Shown here: piece by piece, positions 27,058-37,009 of the stretch | Layout of the letters: each line of letters starts with the position of its first letter | Position numbering within the stretch: the stretch's first letter is position 1 | UHGV virus genome: UHGV-0219331 | Length of the DNA: 46,153 nt | DNA from: a virus | Direction: 5' to 3' (one strand) | Translations under genes and position numbers: made by a program | The notes under the pieces: generated by a model | What the model was told of the DNA's origin: nothing | What the model saw: only the letters and a program-made list of their open reading frames with translations | Databases searched by the model: none

Positions 27058-29178
27058 CTATCCATGTGATACCGATGTATGCGCCGCGGCCTGCTGGATG
27101 AGCAATACCTTAAGCTTGTCCGCGATATCTTTTGATGTCAGGTTTTTTGCGGCGGATTCCGGTATGGATACCGATATCTGTGGTGCCAGGGTCTGAAGTT
27201 CCACATTGTTCATATATCTCCGTTCAGCCAGGTCACGGTACAATTTTATATCCTCATCAGATAGGTTGACATCTCCATCTATCTTTTTTACCCGGCCTAC
27301 ATCCCCTACATTTAAATCACCAGCTTCAGGGATGGATGACGTGTCAAACCCGCCAAATGTATCTGCAAGCGAGTCCAGACTGATGTCCATGTTGTCAAGT
27401 TTCGAACCTAAATCAGCGCCGTATTTTCCCCATTCAGCTGCAGTTGCACCTACATCCAGGTTTGCCATGCGCTTAATCTGGATGGCATTTTCCCCAAATG
27501 TATTGTCTACCCAGCTACTAAGGTTATCCCGGAATCCAGAGACAGCCCCCTGCAGGTTACTTCCGGTAAGAGCATCAATGGCGCCAGCGACAGTTTCCAC
27601 CATGCTTAAAATAGCATCCAATGCATCTGCAAACAGATGAGCAATTGCTGCTACCGGGTCATTAAATACATTGGCAAAAAACTCCGCAAAGGATGCAATG
27701 ACATTCCAAAGTGTAGCAAATACATTGTATCCAACCGCGTAAATCATGCCGAATACCTGCCCTACCCATCCACCTACTTCCTGCATTCCAAAACCAAATT
27801 GATGGGCCGCTATTAATGCACCTGCCAGGATTGCTATGAACAAAAGAACTGGCCAGTTTGCTGCCATCCACGCTTTTGCGGATGCAAGTGCTCCAGCCAC
27901 ACTAAAACCGGATGCCAGTATTGCCTGAATTTTCATCATCGCAAAGGCAAACCCAATAGCTGCCAGAACTGGAATAATGAAATCCAGGTTGTTCGACACC
28001 CAAAGTGCACCTTTCCCAATAATACTTAAGGCCCCAACACCAACTTTAGCTGCCAGGGAAAAGAGATTAATTAACCTTGTCATTGCCAGCTGTGCCTCAT
28101 CTGTCTGAAGATACTTGCTCCACCCCTCAAAGCTATCCTGTAGGCTCTTCTGGATTTCATTCTTTCCCATTGTAAAAGCCTGGCTTAATGTCATGGGCAT
28201 ATCCCTGAAATTTTTTTCAATATCATCTGTGGCCTTTAACATTGCATTTTTTACAATTTCAGCAGTGATGGCCCCATCTGAAGCCAGTTCCCTTATCTCT
28301 CCCACACTCACCCCTAGATAGTCTGCAATCGTGCGGATTATGTTTGGGGCTGACTCGAACACTGCGTTTAATTCCTCACCGCGAAGCACTCCGGATCCCA
28401 GTGCCTGTGTAAGCTGCAGGGAGGCGGAAGCAATTTCCTGCTGGCTTGCCCCGGCAATGACGAACTGTTTGTTCAGGTTCTCCGTAAACTGGATAAGCTC
28501 TGCATTATTGGAAAATGCTTCCTTTGCGTTTTGTCCTATTTTTGTAATAACATTTGCGGTATCCAGATAGGAGGTCCGTGTTCTCTGGGCTGATGCAAAA
28601 ATCATGTCCTGGAGTGTTTCCGTGGATTGGAGTCCATCGTTTATCAGGTTCAGCTTCGCGTTTACCTGGGACAGTGAATCAGCTGTTCCCAAAAACATTT
28701 CGGTAAGTTTGACCGTGCCGGTGACTGCTAATATCCTTCTGAATGTGGATAGCAGTTTCCCTGCCTCACTGTTAGTTTCCTTGACACTCTGGGTGTGCGC
28801 CTGCTGATTGGAGACTACCTGCTGCTGGTTGGACATAATCTGCAGCAACGTCTGGTTCGTCTGCTGCATCTGGCTGCCCAGCTGGCGGATTGCACCTATG
28901 ATGGCCCCAGCAGATTGCCCCATGGCATGTGTAAGGTTCTGCCCTAAAATGAATGATGCGTTATTCGCCTGCTGGAGGAGCTGGTTGGTTGTTGCAAGGG
29001 TGGTATTTATATCCTGTATTGCCGTAACGGTTTCCTCAGAATTTTTATTGAATAAATCCGTCACACTCTTGTCCAACGTGACAATCTGGTTCAGCGTGCG
29101 GTTCCCTGCGGCCTCAAATGTCTTAAAAGTAGAGGAAAAATTATCCGTCAGGACAAAAGCCTCATTTATTACACCCAT
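27058..29178 (-). CDS. Tail tape measure protein
   Basis: 706 aa, helical and Q/A-rich, with internal TM hairpins. RBS AAGGAGGtgaagcataaataATG. Confidence 0.85.
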   Translation of the reverse strand: MGVINEAFVLTDNFSSTFKTFEAAGNRTLNQIVTLDKSVTDLFNKNSEETVTAIQDINTTLATTNQLLQQANNASFILGQNLTHAMGQSAGAIIGAIRQLGSQMQQTNQTLLQIMSNQQQVVSNQQAHTQSVKETNSEAGKLLSTFRRILAVTGTVKLTEMFLGTADSLSQVNAKLNLINDGLQSTETLQDMIFASAQRTRTSYLDTANVITKIGQNAKEAFSNNAELIQFTENLNKQFVIAGASQQEIASASLQLTQALGSGVLRGEELNAVFESAPNIIRTIADYLGVSVGEIRELASDGAITAEIVKNAMLKATDDIEKNFRDMPMTLSQAFTMGKNEIQKSLQDSFEGWSKYLQTDEAQLAMTRLINLFSLAAKVGVGALSIIGKGALWVSNNLDFIIPVLAAIGFAFAMMKIQAILASGFSVAGALASAKAWMAANWPVLLFIAILAGALIAAHQFGFGMQEVGGWVGQVFGMIYAVGYNVFATLWNVIASFAEFFANVFNDPVAAIAHLFADALDAILSMVETVAGAIDALTGSNLQGAVSGFRDNLSSWVDNTFGENAIQIKRMANLDVGATAAEWGKYGADLGSKLDNMDISLDSLADTFGGFDTSSIPEAGDLNVGDVGRVKKIDGDVNLSDEDIKLYRDLAERRYMNNVELQTLAPQISVSIPESAAKNLTSKDIADKLKVLLIQQAAAHTSVSHG

Positions 29179-29329
29179 TATTTATGCTTCACCTCCTTCG
29201 CCTCCTTCTTAATCAGCTCCCACATCAGGAGTTTTTCTTTGAGGCTCCTGTTAAGGACATCCGTGGGGTACACGCCGTGCTGACAGAGCATGTATTGGCA
29301 CAGCTTTGAATCCAGCGTGTCCCCGGCAG

Positions 29330-29755
29330 CTAGTTTTTTGCTTCTTCCTCTACCTCACTAAGTTCGTCATCCGTTGATATGAAACCATTGAAGTTATTGA
29401 TTTCCCTGACGAGTCTTCCATATTCTCCCGAAGATAACATCCTGCCCGGCACATCCAGCGGGTCAGCTGTCTTGTAATAATCACATAGTTCCGAATCCTT
29501 AAAATTAGGGGATATGACACAGGCGTCCACCAGAAGTTTCCCGTATTTCACACTATCCAATTCCCGAACAACCTGCCCGTTGATTTTCTCCCTCTTGGTT
29601 GCTTTTGTGGTCAGTTTATTATTGGTTTCCTGGTCAATAATCCTGATTACAAAAGGTACAACGTTCCCAACCTCATCCTTGAACCGTTCGGAAACAATCA
29701 CCTCTTTAGTCTCATTCATGATTGGCGGCTGCAAAAAAGCTTTAATGTTTGACAT
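29330..29755 (-). CDS. Tail assembly chaperone (XkdN-like), with a predicted -1 frameshift extension to ~29179
   Basis: Slippery heptamer A_AAA_AAC (plus-strand 29333-29339) lies just before the stop. The -1 frame stays open ~50 codons (KKLAAGDTLDSKLCQYML...) and ends in the TAATG overlap with the TMP start. Confidence 0.65.
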   Translation of the reverse strand: MSNIKAFLQPPIMNETKEVIVSERFKDEVGNVVPFVIRIIDQETNNKLTTKATKREKINGQVVRELDSVKYGKLLVDACVISPNFKDSELCDYYKTADPLDVPGRMLSSGEYGRLVREINNFNGFISTDDELSEVEEEAKN

Positions 29756-29759
29756 GTTA

Positions 29760-30227
29760 TCATCCTCCTAATTGTGTTGGGTCATTAAACCAGTTCAGGA
29801 CCTCAATGCCTGTGTATGAGAATCCTACTTCCATCTCCAGGAAATCCGCATCTGCATCCAACATGGCCACAGGAAGCTTCTGAAGCTTCACATTGTAGAA
29901 TACCACTGTCTGGGTCCCTACACTGGTTGTCGGGTCATCATTGGTTATCTGGATAGTAAAATATGGCAGCTTCCCGGTCCTTAAATACTCCTGCAGGAGC
30001 CTTAAAAAATACGGACTCCCATAATAAATCGTCATGGACCCACTTAGGGAAACCCCGGTTGTTTTCTTCTGTACCAAGGTCGTTCCCACTACCTTAAAAT
30101 CACTCTCCTGAAATTCTGCATCAGACTGGAACTTCTTCAGCCCAAACATCTCATGGTTTTCCCCATCAATGGTCATGAATCCATTCCCGGATTTGCCATT
30201 AAGGGCATCACGTTCTAATAGAAACAT
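29760..30227 (-). CDS. Tail tube protein (XkdM-like)
   Basis: 155 aa, immediately after the sheath. Confidence 0.7.
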   Translation of the reverse strand: MFLLERDALNGKSGNGFMTIDGENHEMFGLKKFQSDAEFQESDFKVVGTTLVQKKTTGVSLSGSMTIYYGSPYFLRLLQEYLRTGKLPYFTIQITNDDPTTSVGTQTVVFYNVKLQKLPVAMLDADADFLEMEVGFSYTGIEVLNWFNDPTQLGG

Positions 30228-30242
30228 TTATTTTCTACCTCC

Positions 30243-31601
30243 TTATTGCGTGGCAGTGTTTACGGATACCGTCACTATCATGTAAATCTTCTCTATACTG
30301 TCCACTGGCTGGATGGCAACATCAATCCGCACGGAGTCAACACTGTTTCCTTCTCTCACCTGTACATCATCTGCAACAAAGTTCTGGATACCGTTGCCGG
30401 CCTGTATCTCATTCAGATAGCCTACAATCCATCCCTTCATAAGATTTCTCCCGGTCTCAGTATTATCAGTCTTTCCGATATAATATAAACTGAACTGTTT
30501 ATATACATCATTACAGAACTGATTAAGTACCCGCATTACCCGGTTCTTGGAAAATTCCTGACCTTTGTCCACACTGTAGGATGTCAGTGTATTGATATCT
30601 GTGCATACCTTGACGGAACCAAAAGTGTCAATGAACACAATCTCACCAGACTGTATGGCTGCTGTTATCTGCCCATCTGTCAGTTTCGGGTTGGCCTCAA
30701 CCGCATCCGGATATTGCGCATACGTCAGAGACTGGTTATATCTTGCGCCTGCCTCTGCACCTCCCAGCCACCATGTGGCCTGCTGTGCAGTCAGTACCGT
30801 ACCATCTGACAGCTTGACCCCATTGTTTACGGATATCACCCACTCGCTGTTTACTGTATGTGCATTAGCCATTACAGCCTGGCATTTCTGACCAATGCTG
30901 TTAGACACACGTTTTACAAACGCCGCAATCGCCTGTATGGCGGTATCATCAGTGCCATCATAGACCAATATATCAAACCGATATGGTTCAATGGCCGTCA
31001 AAAACGCTGCATAATCAGATGATGATATGGCCGGGTCGGTTCCTCCTGCTAATATGACCCCAGCCGTTTCTGTGATGTCAGCCCCGGTTCCATCAAATGT
31101 CACCCATGCGTTTTCTTTCAGGTCATCCAACTTTTTGATAGTCTGCTCATCAACTATGGTCCCGTCTATCACCGTACTGACATCAAATGCCCCAGCATGG
31201 TCTGCCTGTTCCTGCACGATGATGGAGATATCATTTCCCCTGATACCTTCATACAGCGCCGTGATGGTCAATGCTCCAGATGTGACCGTTGCCTTCTTAC
31301 CTCCACTTCCTTTTGGCCTGTAAAGCAGGATTTTGATAGGCCCTGTGCTGACATCGCTTCCTTTCATCATTTCTCGCAAAAACAAGGCCTTAGGACTTGT
31401 GATATCATAACCGATATATGGCCTTAAATCTTCGCCAGGCAATATTTCCTTAATGGTCTCCGTAGGTCCCCAGGAAAGCGGCTCTGCGATTACCACAATG
31501 CCTTTATCCCCAACATTGGTATTGATGTTGCCTTTGGACTTGACATTGATATATACACCGGGCTGCACTTTGTTCTGGTTTGTCCATGTACCTCCTGCCA
31601 T
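30243..31601 (-). CDS. Contractile tail sheath protein
   Basis: 452 aa with the sheath family N/C domains (GVYINVKS..., ...QPVDSIEKIYMIVTV). Confidence 0.85.
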   Translation of the reverse strand: MAGGTWTNQNKVQPGVYINVKSKGNINTNVGDKGIVVIAEPLSWGPTETIKEILPGEDLRPYIGYDITSPKALFLREMMKGSDVSTGPIKILLYRPKGSGGKKATVTSGALTITALYEGIRGNDISIIVQEQADHAGAFDVSTVIDGTIVDEQTIKKLDDLKENAWVTFDGTGADITETAGVILAGGTDPAISSSDYAAFLTAIEPYRFDILVYDGTDDTAIQAIAAFVKRVSNSIGQKCQAVMANAHTVNSEWVISVNNGVKLSDGTVLTAQQATWWLGGAEAGARYNQSLTYAQYPDAVEANPKLTDGQITAAIQSGEIVFIDTFGSVKVCTDINTLTSYSVDKGQEFSKNRVMRVLNQFCNDVYKQFSLYYIGKTDNTETGRNLMKGWIVGYLNEIQAGNGIQNFVADDVQVREGNSVDSVRIDVAIQPVDSIEKIYMIVTVSVNTATQ

Positions 31602-31603
31602 GT

Positions 31604-31807
31604 CTACTTACCTCCTTTCAAAACTTTGTCGAGGGCCGCCCTCGCGTCCTCTATGGTGTATTCCGGCTCCTGCAGGATTGCCCTGGCAAAATCCGGTTGA
31701 TATCCTGACAGGACCTTACTATGCAGTAATTTGTCGGTCGGATATTTCTTCAGCTTCTTCTGTTGCGATATCGCAATAGAGCCTTTAATTTTATTTGATG
31801 CTGGCAT
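31604..31807 (-). CDS. Small basic hypothetical protein (contains palindrome copy P3)
   Basis: 67 aa. The coding call is uncertain. Confidence 0.3.
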   Translation of the reverse strand: MPASNKIKGSIAISQQKKLKKYPTDKLLHSKVLSGYQPDFARAILQEPEYTIEDARAALDKVLKGGK

Positions 31808-32240
31808 TGTTTTCCTCCATTATCTGCATCAGTTCATTGTTTCTTGGAGCGCTTACCCGTTGCCGGATATGGAATTGATAATGCATTTCATCATCTTCTG
31901 TCTGCCATTGCCGCTCAAAAGTACGTATCTTGGCTGTCCTTCCACTACTGTCTACATAATCAAACAGTTCCAGCGTCCCATCCAGGTACTCTGCTATGGC
32001 CTGTATCTCCGCATTTCCATTTACGATATTACGTTGCTGCACAAACACGATATCAACACCCAGGTCACGCAGGAACCTATCATTCATATGTTTTTCAATT
32101 TTAGAGGGCATGAAAAAAATAAAAAAGCAAGGGTAGTCTGTCCCCTGCTGGTTTGGGCTGGCATATACCGGATAATCCGGATACCGTGCTGTAAGTACTC
32201 CGGCCAGGCTGTTTATGATGTTCTCCAACGTGAATATCAT
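31791..32240 (-). CDS. Tail completion/neck protein (hypothetical)
   Basis: 149 aa within the head-tail joining block. Confidence 0.4.
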   Translation of the reverse strand: MIFTLENIINSLAGVLTARYPDYPVYASPNQQGTDYPCFFIFFMPSKIEKHMNDRFLRDLGVDIVFVQQRNIVNGNAEIQAIAEYLDGTLELFDYVDSSGRTAKIRTFERQWQTEDDEMHYQFHIRQRVSAPRNNELMQIMEENNASIK

Positions 32241-32737
32241 TTGAATGCCTCCCTCACACGCTTTCCCAGTTCCATACGGACCACATCGCGGTATTTTCCG
32301 ATGGCCGCTTCTTTCATGTATTTTCCCTCCACATACTTAGTCCTGGTTCCAACGGTAATTCCGCCCATGGATGGATTTACCTTTTCCAGCATATTTCCGT
32401 TAATTATCAATCCTGGTACAAAATGCTGGTCCATCCGATGTCCATCATTAACATAGGATGCGTGCTGCATGTTATTAGCCAACGTTGTCCTCACGCTAAC
32501 ACCTGTGATGACTGGTTTCGTCACACTGTCCGTTGACCAATGCTGTGCCAATCCCCCAGAACGCGTCCCTGTCCCGGATATACTCACGCCTCCATTGGGC
32601 GGTGTCTTTTCCGTAGCACTTTCCACCGCTGCTATGGTTGCCCCCTCTGCGACTTCCACCATAATCCTCGGCACATCTTGCCCTGCCTTGTGCAGTTCTT
32701 CCAGGCGCTTACGCATCTGACTTCCAAAGCTTGACAT
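32237..32737 (-). CDS. HK97 gp10-family head-tail protein
   Basis: 166 aa. Position and size typical. Confidence 0.5.
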   Translation of the reverse strand: MSSFGSQMRKRLEELHKAGQDVPRIMVEVAEGATIAAVESATEKTPPNGGVSISGTGTRSGGLAQHWSTDSVTKPVITGVSVRTTLANNMQHASYVNDGHRMDQHFVPGLIINGNMLEKVNPSMGGITVGTRTKYVEGKYMKEAAIGKYRDVVRMELGKRVREAFK

Positions 32738-32741
32738 CCCA

Positions 32742-33161
32742 TCACCTCACGATCTCATCCTTGAGCAATCCAACTGCCTGATGCTCCAGGCCTGTAAGCG
32801 CCCCTCCTACCGGGTCATAATATCTTTGCGGCCCGCCAGCGAAATACCGTTCCGCCTGGTTTGTGTACCCCAGGTTACCGCCACGGACAATCATCAACTC
32901 ATCACCGGCCTGGATGTCCACTGACAGGTCACACGCCATCTTCTCCGTGGACCGTTCCGTTGCGGCTGTCCCTCCCATGACAGGACCATCCCGCTTAGAA
33001 CTGTATACCCTGCACGGGATGGGGTCCGTATTCTGCTTCTGACGCGCCTGTTTCGTTATATTCCCGTCTTTAACCGGTACTACACGGTATATGTCAACCG
33101 TATCCGTATACCATCCTCCAAATATCGGATTATCAAATAACATACATTCCCCCCATCCCAA
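32742..33161 (-). CDS. Head-tail adaptor (XkdH/DUF3599-like)
   Basis: 139 aa. Confidence 0.45.
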   Translation of the reverse strand: MGWGECMLFDNPIFGGWYTDTVDIYRVVPVKDGNITKQARQKQNTDPIPCRVYSSKRDGPVMGGTAATERSTEKMACDLSVDIQAGDELMIVRGGNLGYTNQAERYFAGGPQRYYDPVGGALTGLEHQAVGLLKDEIVR

Positions 33162-33627
33162 TCATACGCGCCATGGAAATAAGCTGCTGTCCGTACTGTG
33201 TCGCATTCCAACTTCCCCATTTTGCCATGGATAACGTTATGGCCTCATTATCGTACTTTATGGATGTATCCCCCATGGACGCCTCACTGATGAGGCCCGT
33301 CTGCTGACCACTTCCGGCTGCCTGTGCTGCCGTGGCAGAGCCATCTGAATAAGTCTTTAGGTATAGGGCGCTGAAATGTGCCACATACAGTCCTGCTGCA
33401 TATCTCCATGTTTCAAAGTAACGGCTTGGAAGGATTGACCGGTTTGCATTCCCAATAAAGATACCAAGGATTCCTTCTGGTACCAGGGGTTCCCTTGGTT
33501 TCATCCCAGCTTTTGAAAACTGGGGGAAATCCTCCAGGAACATTTCCACGGTGTAAGTACCGGTTTCACCATTTGCTGGTATATTAGCCGCTGTAGCTAT
33601 CACTCCGTTAAATTGCGCTCCATCCAT
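33133..33627 (-). CDS. DUF4054-like head-tail connector protein
   Basis: 164 aa following the capsid block. Confidence 0.45.
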   Translation of the reverse strand: MDGAQFNGVIATAANIPANGETGTYTVEMFLEDFPQFSKAGMKPREPLVPEGILGIFIGNANRSILPSRYFETWRYAAGLYVAHFSALYLKTYSDGSATAAQAAGSGQQTGLISEASMGDTSIKYDNEAITLSMAKWGSWNATQYGQQLISMARMIGMGGMYVI

Positions 33628-33639
33628 GCCGGTACCTCC

Positions 33640-33915
33640 TTATGATTTGTCTTTGCCTCTCCTACCCGTTTGTTCCTTGGTTTCTTCCGGGCGGATATCA
33701 TATTCCTCTGCCCTCTCTTCTGCAACCGCATCCGCTGCTTCCAGTTCCTTATCCGCTGTATTATCCGGCGTGGCGATGGAGCCGTCCTGGATGGCTGCCT
33801 GTACCAGCCAGTGCCTTGCAGCCCAATCAGGGATGTTGCCAATAAAGTCACGGGCGATGACCAGCTTCTGGTCCCCCTCGCGAATTTCAAAACACTTCTT
33901 ACTGTTGATAAACAT
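33640..33915 (-). CDS. Hypothetical protein downstream of capsid
   Basis: 91 aa. Confidence 0.35.
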   Translation of the reverse strand: MFINSKKCFEIREGDQKLVIARDFIGNIPDWAARHWLVQAAIQDGSIATPDNTADKELEAADAVAEERAEEYDIRPEETKEQTGRRGKDKS

Positions 33916-33926
33916 AGACTTCCTCC

Positions 33927-34967
33927 TTAAATCCCATCCACATAACGCATGATGTTCTCATAATACATCTGCACCTCGGATATATTTGCCATGTATGCAG
34001 TGTCATAGCACACATTCTCCGCACTCGCCTGGGTCATGACACGGCTTAATGGGGCCAACTCATCCGTTGCCACGAACCGTTCTTTATTGAGATACACGAC
34101 CATACGGTCCTTTCCTCCCGTACCTGCCCCCTTACACCAGGAGCACCCGCCGATATACAGGTCGCTACCATTGGTCTTAGCTACATTGTTGTCCAGAAGG
34201 AACTGCAGTATGGTCTTTTCCGCCAGTTCTGATACCCTGGTGGTAGCCAGGTAATTGAACTGTTCGTAAGGCATGATTATATGGTTTGGGATGGCATCCC
34301 TATCATATTCAGCAGCACCCCATACGGCGAGGATGGCATCATTAATATCCTTCAGAATCTGGTCTGGCATCTTGGTGTTAAATGCAGTCCCACTGGATGT
34401 GCCTGTCGCTGCAGCACTTGCTATAGTGACGTTTGGGTTGTTAATAAGTCCTGTGGAACCGTACCGTTTAATACCTACATACACATTTGCATCCATATGC
34501 TTGTCATAGGTCATACGGATGCCGTCCCGCAGGATACTCTCAAGGCTACGCCCAGTCAGCTTCTCACGCTGCATGTCCACCCACATGACCCTCATACCAA
34601 TGGAAAAAATGTGGGTCTTGAACAGGCCTTTATCGAAATTGGCCTGTACCATCGGAATGCCATTGGCGCCGCCTGCATGTACCGGACCGTCATCACTACC
34701 ACCTGTCACACCATACTCCACGTTCATTGCGCTGATGAACTCTGCCCATCCGCCGCCAACCCTCATTGGGATATCACGACCATAGGTGAAGCTGGTAAGT
34801 GGCTGACGGACAGTGTTGTCCCGTTTTTCTAGTTCAGACTGCAGGAAGGCACCGCCATTAGCAATGGCAGCAGCATCCATGGTCTGATATTTATGTGGTG
34901 CTGCCGCTCCGGTCGGAGAGGATGTCACCACACCTGCGTCAAAAGTTCCCATGTTCTTGAATTTCAT
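33927..34967 (-). CDS. Major capsid protein (DUF2184/XkdG family)
   Basis: 346 aa. Position after protease/scaffold and the decoration protein. Confidence 0.75.
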   Translation of the reverse strand: MKFKNMGTFDAGVVTSSPTGAAAPHKYQTMDAAAIANGGAFLQSELEKRDNTVRQPLTSFTYGRDIPMRVGGGWAEFISAMNVEYGVTGGSDDGPVHAGGANGIPMVQANFDKGLFKTHIFSIGMRVMWVDMQREKLTGRSLESILRDGIRMTYDKHMDANVYVGIKRYGSTGLINNPNVTIASAAATGTSSGTAFNTKMPDQILKDINDAILAVWGAAEYDRDAIPNHIIMPYEQFNYLATTRVSELAEKTILQFLLDNNVAKTNGSDLYIGGCSWCKGAGTGGKDRMVVYLNKERFVATDELAPLSRVMTQASAENVCYDTAYMANISEVQMYYENIMRYVDGI

Positions 34968-34980
34968 GTCTCATTCCTCC

Positions 34981-35490
34981 TTATGCTCTGTTGCAGGACA
35001 TAATCCTGATTTCCGCCACGCCGTTTGCATCCTTCTCACCATGCCACTCGCAGTTGGTCAATTCCACCGTCTTCCCCTCATCTGCAGATGCCTCAAAGCC
35101 TCCGACAATACCAGTTGGGATTGTATCATTGGCCACAGTCCGGATATACACCTTTCCACCCAGTTTCGGCGTCCCTACGTTGCACAGCACGTTGATGCAT
35201 CCGCGCTTGAATACGCTCACTGCCTCATCCGGCCTATATTCCCCAGCGGACTGCGAAAGATAGGAGGTCGCGCTCTTAAACTCCCTGGAGGCAATACCAA
35301 CAAAATCAGCTGCCTTACTGCTCTCCCCAAAGGCAACCACTTTACTGTCTGCATCGTATACCAAGGGAAGTCCGAATGTTACCGCATTGTCCCCTCCCAG
35401 CGGATGGGTATCCACTATCATATCCGGCTGTCTGGCATAATCACCTGCATATCCATGTGTCATGTTCTTCCCAATAACCTGTCCTTTCAT
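34981..35490 (-). CDS. Head decoration/cement protein (DUF2190-like)
   Basis: 169 aa between scaffold-protease and capsid. Confidence 0.45.
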   Translation of the reverse strand: MKGQVIGKNMTHGYAGDYARQPDMIVDTHPLGGDNAVTFGLPLVYDADSKVVAFGESSKAADFVGIASREFKSATSYLSQSAGEYRPDEAVSVFKRGCINVLCNVGTPKLGGKVYIRTVANDTIPTGIVGGFEASADEGKTVELTNCEWHGEKDANGVAEIRIMSCNRA

Positions 35491-36719
35491 TACTTCGTAC
35501 CTCCATTCTGTTTGTGTGGGTTCATGGCATCGTATGAGGCCTGATAAGCCTCAAGGTCTGCCTGAGGATTCCTATCCGTCACTTTCGCTGCATTCTTCTG
35601 GGCGGTCTGTGCAATCTTTGCAATGTCGCTCACCTTTTCCTTATCAGTCAAGCAGGAAACCAGGGAATCCGTGACTGATTTTCTGGTAGCCTCATCCTTA
35701 ATTCCCGCAATCACCGGACGGAGTTGCTTGACTACCGCTGCCATCACGGCCCTGTCGGCAGCACATGCTGATTTATCCAGTTCTTCTGCCGGAACTACTT
35801 TCGCCTCAGTTGTTGGCGCCGATGGCTCCCCTCCTTCCCCCGTCAGTTCCTTTACCAGGCTGTCCAGCGGGTCTTCGGCCGGCTTCCCGGTAGGGGCACC
35901 GTTCTTTTCTCCTATGATTTCCTTAATCATATCCATCAGCATGTCCATTTTCCCGTCAAGACTGGCTGAATCCTGCGCGCCTTCCTTTGGCGGCTCCTCC
36001 TTGGCTGCAGATGCAGCAGGGGGTTCCTGGGCTGTCATATCCTCATCCATTGCCGCGGCTGCATCTACTGCCATCGTTTCCAGCTCTTCCGGTGATGCAT
36101 CCTTAGCCGCCTGGGCAAACCACTTGAAAAATAAACTGTTCTTCTTCATCTTCCCATTCCTTTCCGACCTTTTCACGGCCTCTACCTTTTTCTTTGAATC
36201 TAAAATCGCAACATGCTTCCCGGCCCTTCCCCGTGTCACCACGGCGATATGGTTCCCCCGGATATCATACTGCGAATAGGTCCCATCCTCATTTTCTGTG
36301 TAGCTGCACTCATATCCACAGCTGATTTCCCGTTTACCGCCCTGAACCGCCCGGATTAATTCCTCATCCTGGATGTGCAGGTCCGCTATCACATGTCCTT
36401 CCCATTCCCCTTCTCCCTTCCGGATATTCTGGGCATGTCCTCTGGCGTACTGGATACAGTTATCCGGCGTGAGAAGTTCCGGCGGGTGTTCATCCGTTAC
36501 CGGCTTCCCCTCAAAGCTGGACAGTGCCGCTTCAGAGAATACCTCATCTGGAGAGCGGCACACTGTTACCATCTTTGAGTTGCTCCCATCCGGCTTCAGT
36601 TCGCTTTCCAGGTACTCCATTTCCCCTGTCCGGGCAATGGGCACATTGCGGCAAATTAAAAAGCCCTCAACCGTTTCCATCTGGTTGGGGCTTATCGTAT
36701 AGCCATAATATGCAAGCAT
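35490..36719 (-). CDS. Prohead protease-scaffold fusion (DUF2213/XkdF-like)
   Basis: 409 aa. N-terminal DUF2213-like region, then an acidic A/E/P-rich scaffold-like tail. RBS AGGAGGGacaactaaATG. Confidence 0.6.
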   Translation of the reverse strand: MLAYYGYTISPNQMETVEGFLICRNVPIARTGEMEYLESELKPDGSNSKMVTVCRSPDEVFSEAALSSFEGKPVTDEHPPELLTPDNCIQYARGHAQNIRKGEGEWEGHVIADLHIQDEELIRAVQGGKREISCGYECSYTENEDGTYSQYDIRGNHIAVVTRGRAGKHVAILDSKKKVEAVKRSERNGKMKKNSLFFKWFAQAAKDASPEELETMAVDAAAAMDEDMTAQEPPAASAAKEEPPKEGAQDSASLDGKMDMLMDMIKEIIGEKNGAPTGKPAEDPLDSLVKELTGEGGEPSAPTTEAKVVPAEELDKSACAADRAVMAAVVKQLRPVIAGIKDEATRKSVTDSLVSCLTDKEKVSDIAKIAQTAQKNAAKVTDRNPQADLEAYQASYDAMNPHKQNGGTK

Positions 36720-36782
36720 TTAGTTGTCCCTCCTATTGCGATATCGCAATAAAAAATACCATCGGGAAATTACCTAATGGTA

Positions 36783-37001
36783 TCATACTTTTAACATATC
36801 CTTGATTTTCTCCGCTTCATCCTGAGTTATCTCATCATACTCCCAGTCCTCTCCAATAAAGATGCAGGCCTGTTCTGGCGCAGGAATCCACTTCCGTAGC
36901 CGTTTATCATACCGTTCAAAGTTCCCGTTCAGGTAGCGGTATAGACGGTCCGCTTTCTTATTCTTACTATCGAAACCATATACAAAATAAAAATCCTCCA
37001 T
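36783..37001 (-). CDS. Small acidic protein, candidate immunity/antitoxin for the MuF-fused toxin domain
   Basis: 72 aa. Start lies 8 nt after the MuF stop. Confidence 0.4.
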   Translation of the reverse strand: MEDFYFVYGFDSKNKKADRLYRYLNGNFERYDKRLRKWIPAPEQACIFIGEDWEYDEITQDEAEKIKDMLKV

Positions 37002-37009
37002 ATGACCTC

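Noticed and set aside
22024-29212. Plus-strand ORFs across the fibre, baseplate and TMP block (22347..22772, 22831..23292, 27206..27640, 28808..29212 and others)
   Set aside because: They are antisense shadows of the large minus-strand structural genes, Ser/Ala/Cys-rich with no translation signals.
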